Part shown: positions 62,666-64,000 of the stretch, piece by piece
Layout: every line of letters begins with the position of its first letter
How positions within the stretch are numbered: position 1 is the stretch's first letter
Assembly (NCBI GenBank): GCA_028534125.1
Contig: CM052816.1
Span: 61,320,001 to 61,384,000 of the forward strand
DNA length: 64,000 bases
Reading direction: 5' to 3'
Source of the DNA: Lama glama
Taxonomy: Eukaryota
Made by a program: the position numbers and the translations under genes
Notes under the pieces: generated by a model
The model's input: only the letters and a program-made list of their open reading frames with translations
Database searches by the model: none
What the model was told of the DNA's origin: nothing

Positions 62666-64000
62666 ACATTCTTTTTTTGCTGTTTGTTAGTTCACTTGTT
62701 GAACAAATATTTATTGAAAACAAAATAGGTCACAAAGCACAGGGACAAAAAGAAGAGTAGCACATAGTTTCTGTCCCTGAGAAACCATCAGTTTAATTAA
62801 AGGTAGTGCCACATAACTAAGAAAAATGTCTTTCTGGAAATGTCTACAGAAGCCCAATGTCCAAAGGACATATTAAAGGGGATGTTTCCATTTCTAGAAA
62901 TTTAAATATATTACTAAACCCCTGTCCTTTTAGACAAAATCTTCTATGGCATTTTTCTAACATTTCATATGTGTTTTTAAATTACAATTCTTTTCTTCAA
63001 GCTGAATACACTACTGACTGGCTTAACTACAATAAGCATCTAATTGTCTCAACTGTAATTGCGTTTATAAGCTCTTTGTCTCCTAATGCTAATAACAGCA
63101 CTTTAACATTTTGGGATTTTTTTCCATTTCCTCCACTCTTTTCCATAAAAAAGGACATGGAAAAATACTGTAATACAATAAAATAATTAAGAGCATTAAC
63201 ATCGTAATATTCATTCATTCATTCAATACTTACTTAGCACCTACTATATACAAAGCAATGGAGCAAAATATGCAGTCCTTGTTTACATGCTCAGTTTTAA
63301 CAGTGGAGAGAAACATTAATCAGATAATCTCATGAACAAATATACAATTATAGAATGTAGCAAATGTATTGAGGAAACAATTTCTATGGAAGATTTAAAA
63401 GGAAGACCTAGAAGTAAAAAAGGTAAGGCACTTCAAAGGTGTTAATGTACAATGTTCAAAAAAGTATCTTCTTCAAATTCGGATACATAAAATTTGAAGG
63501 CTACCTATAAATTCAGTGTGATAAACATACCTCAGAATTATGATCAGTGTGCTTTAGAAACCCAGCTAGACTGGAGAAATCACAGGCTTCCCAGATGAGG
63601 GGTGATAGCTGAGCAGTGCTAAAGGTTGAATAGTTAGCCAAGTGAAATGGGTGAGGGAAGTTACTCCAGGCAGAGACACCATGATACTCACCTCGGCATC
63701 CACAGGAGAAAAAAGAGCATACCCCATTCTCAAGTGTTTTAGTATGACAGGAGCACAGAGTAAGGAGTAAGGGTTTGGGAGAGAGAAGTAATGGAACAGT
63801 GCTGAGAGATGTAAGGAGAGATCCTATCAAGAAGGGAGGGCCTTGTATGCTATGTTTGGGAGTTTGGAGTTGTTTTGAAAATAGTAAGAAACCACTTTAG
63901 AATTATAAGCAGGGAAAGTAATAAAGATTTGAGCTTTCAGAAAAGTCACATGTTAATGGTCTTAAACGTTTAAGGAAAACATTTCAAAGAACTTGAAAGA

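Overview
AT-rich mammalian genomic DNA, most likely a camelid (inferred from two tRNA-derived vic-1-like SINEs and a recurring camelid-type L1 3' end). It covers the TRAPPC13/SHLD3-TRIM23-PPWD1 cluster. On the minus strand lie TRAPPC13 coding exons 1-4 (the gene continues off the left edge) and, nested in its first intron, the single-exon CDS of the shieldin subunit SHLD3 (10909-11661, 250 aa). A CpG-rich bidirectional promoter (~14730-15460) separates these from TRIM23/ARD1 (+ strand, 11 coding exons, 1725 nt, 574 aa). PPWD1 exons 2-11 (- strand, exon 1 off the right edge) converge on TRIM23. All exon boundaries were read by hand, are GT-AG and are phase-consistent. The introns hold L1, L2, L3, MIR, hAT/Tc-mariner and LTR relics. 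I see no wholly new gene system. The best leads are: a uORF-gated SHLD3 transcript sharing TRAPPC13 exon 1; SHLD3 changes at functional motifs; a sense 3'UTR retrocopy with a poly(A) signal in the last TRIM23 intron; an ARD1-beta-like tail that lacks its splice acceptor; and four locally templated duplications. Comparisons with human proteins and repeat family names come from memory, not from a search.
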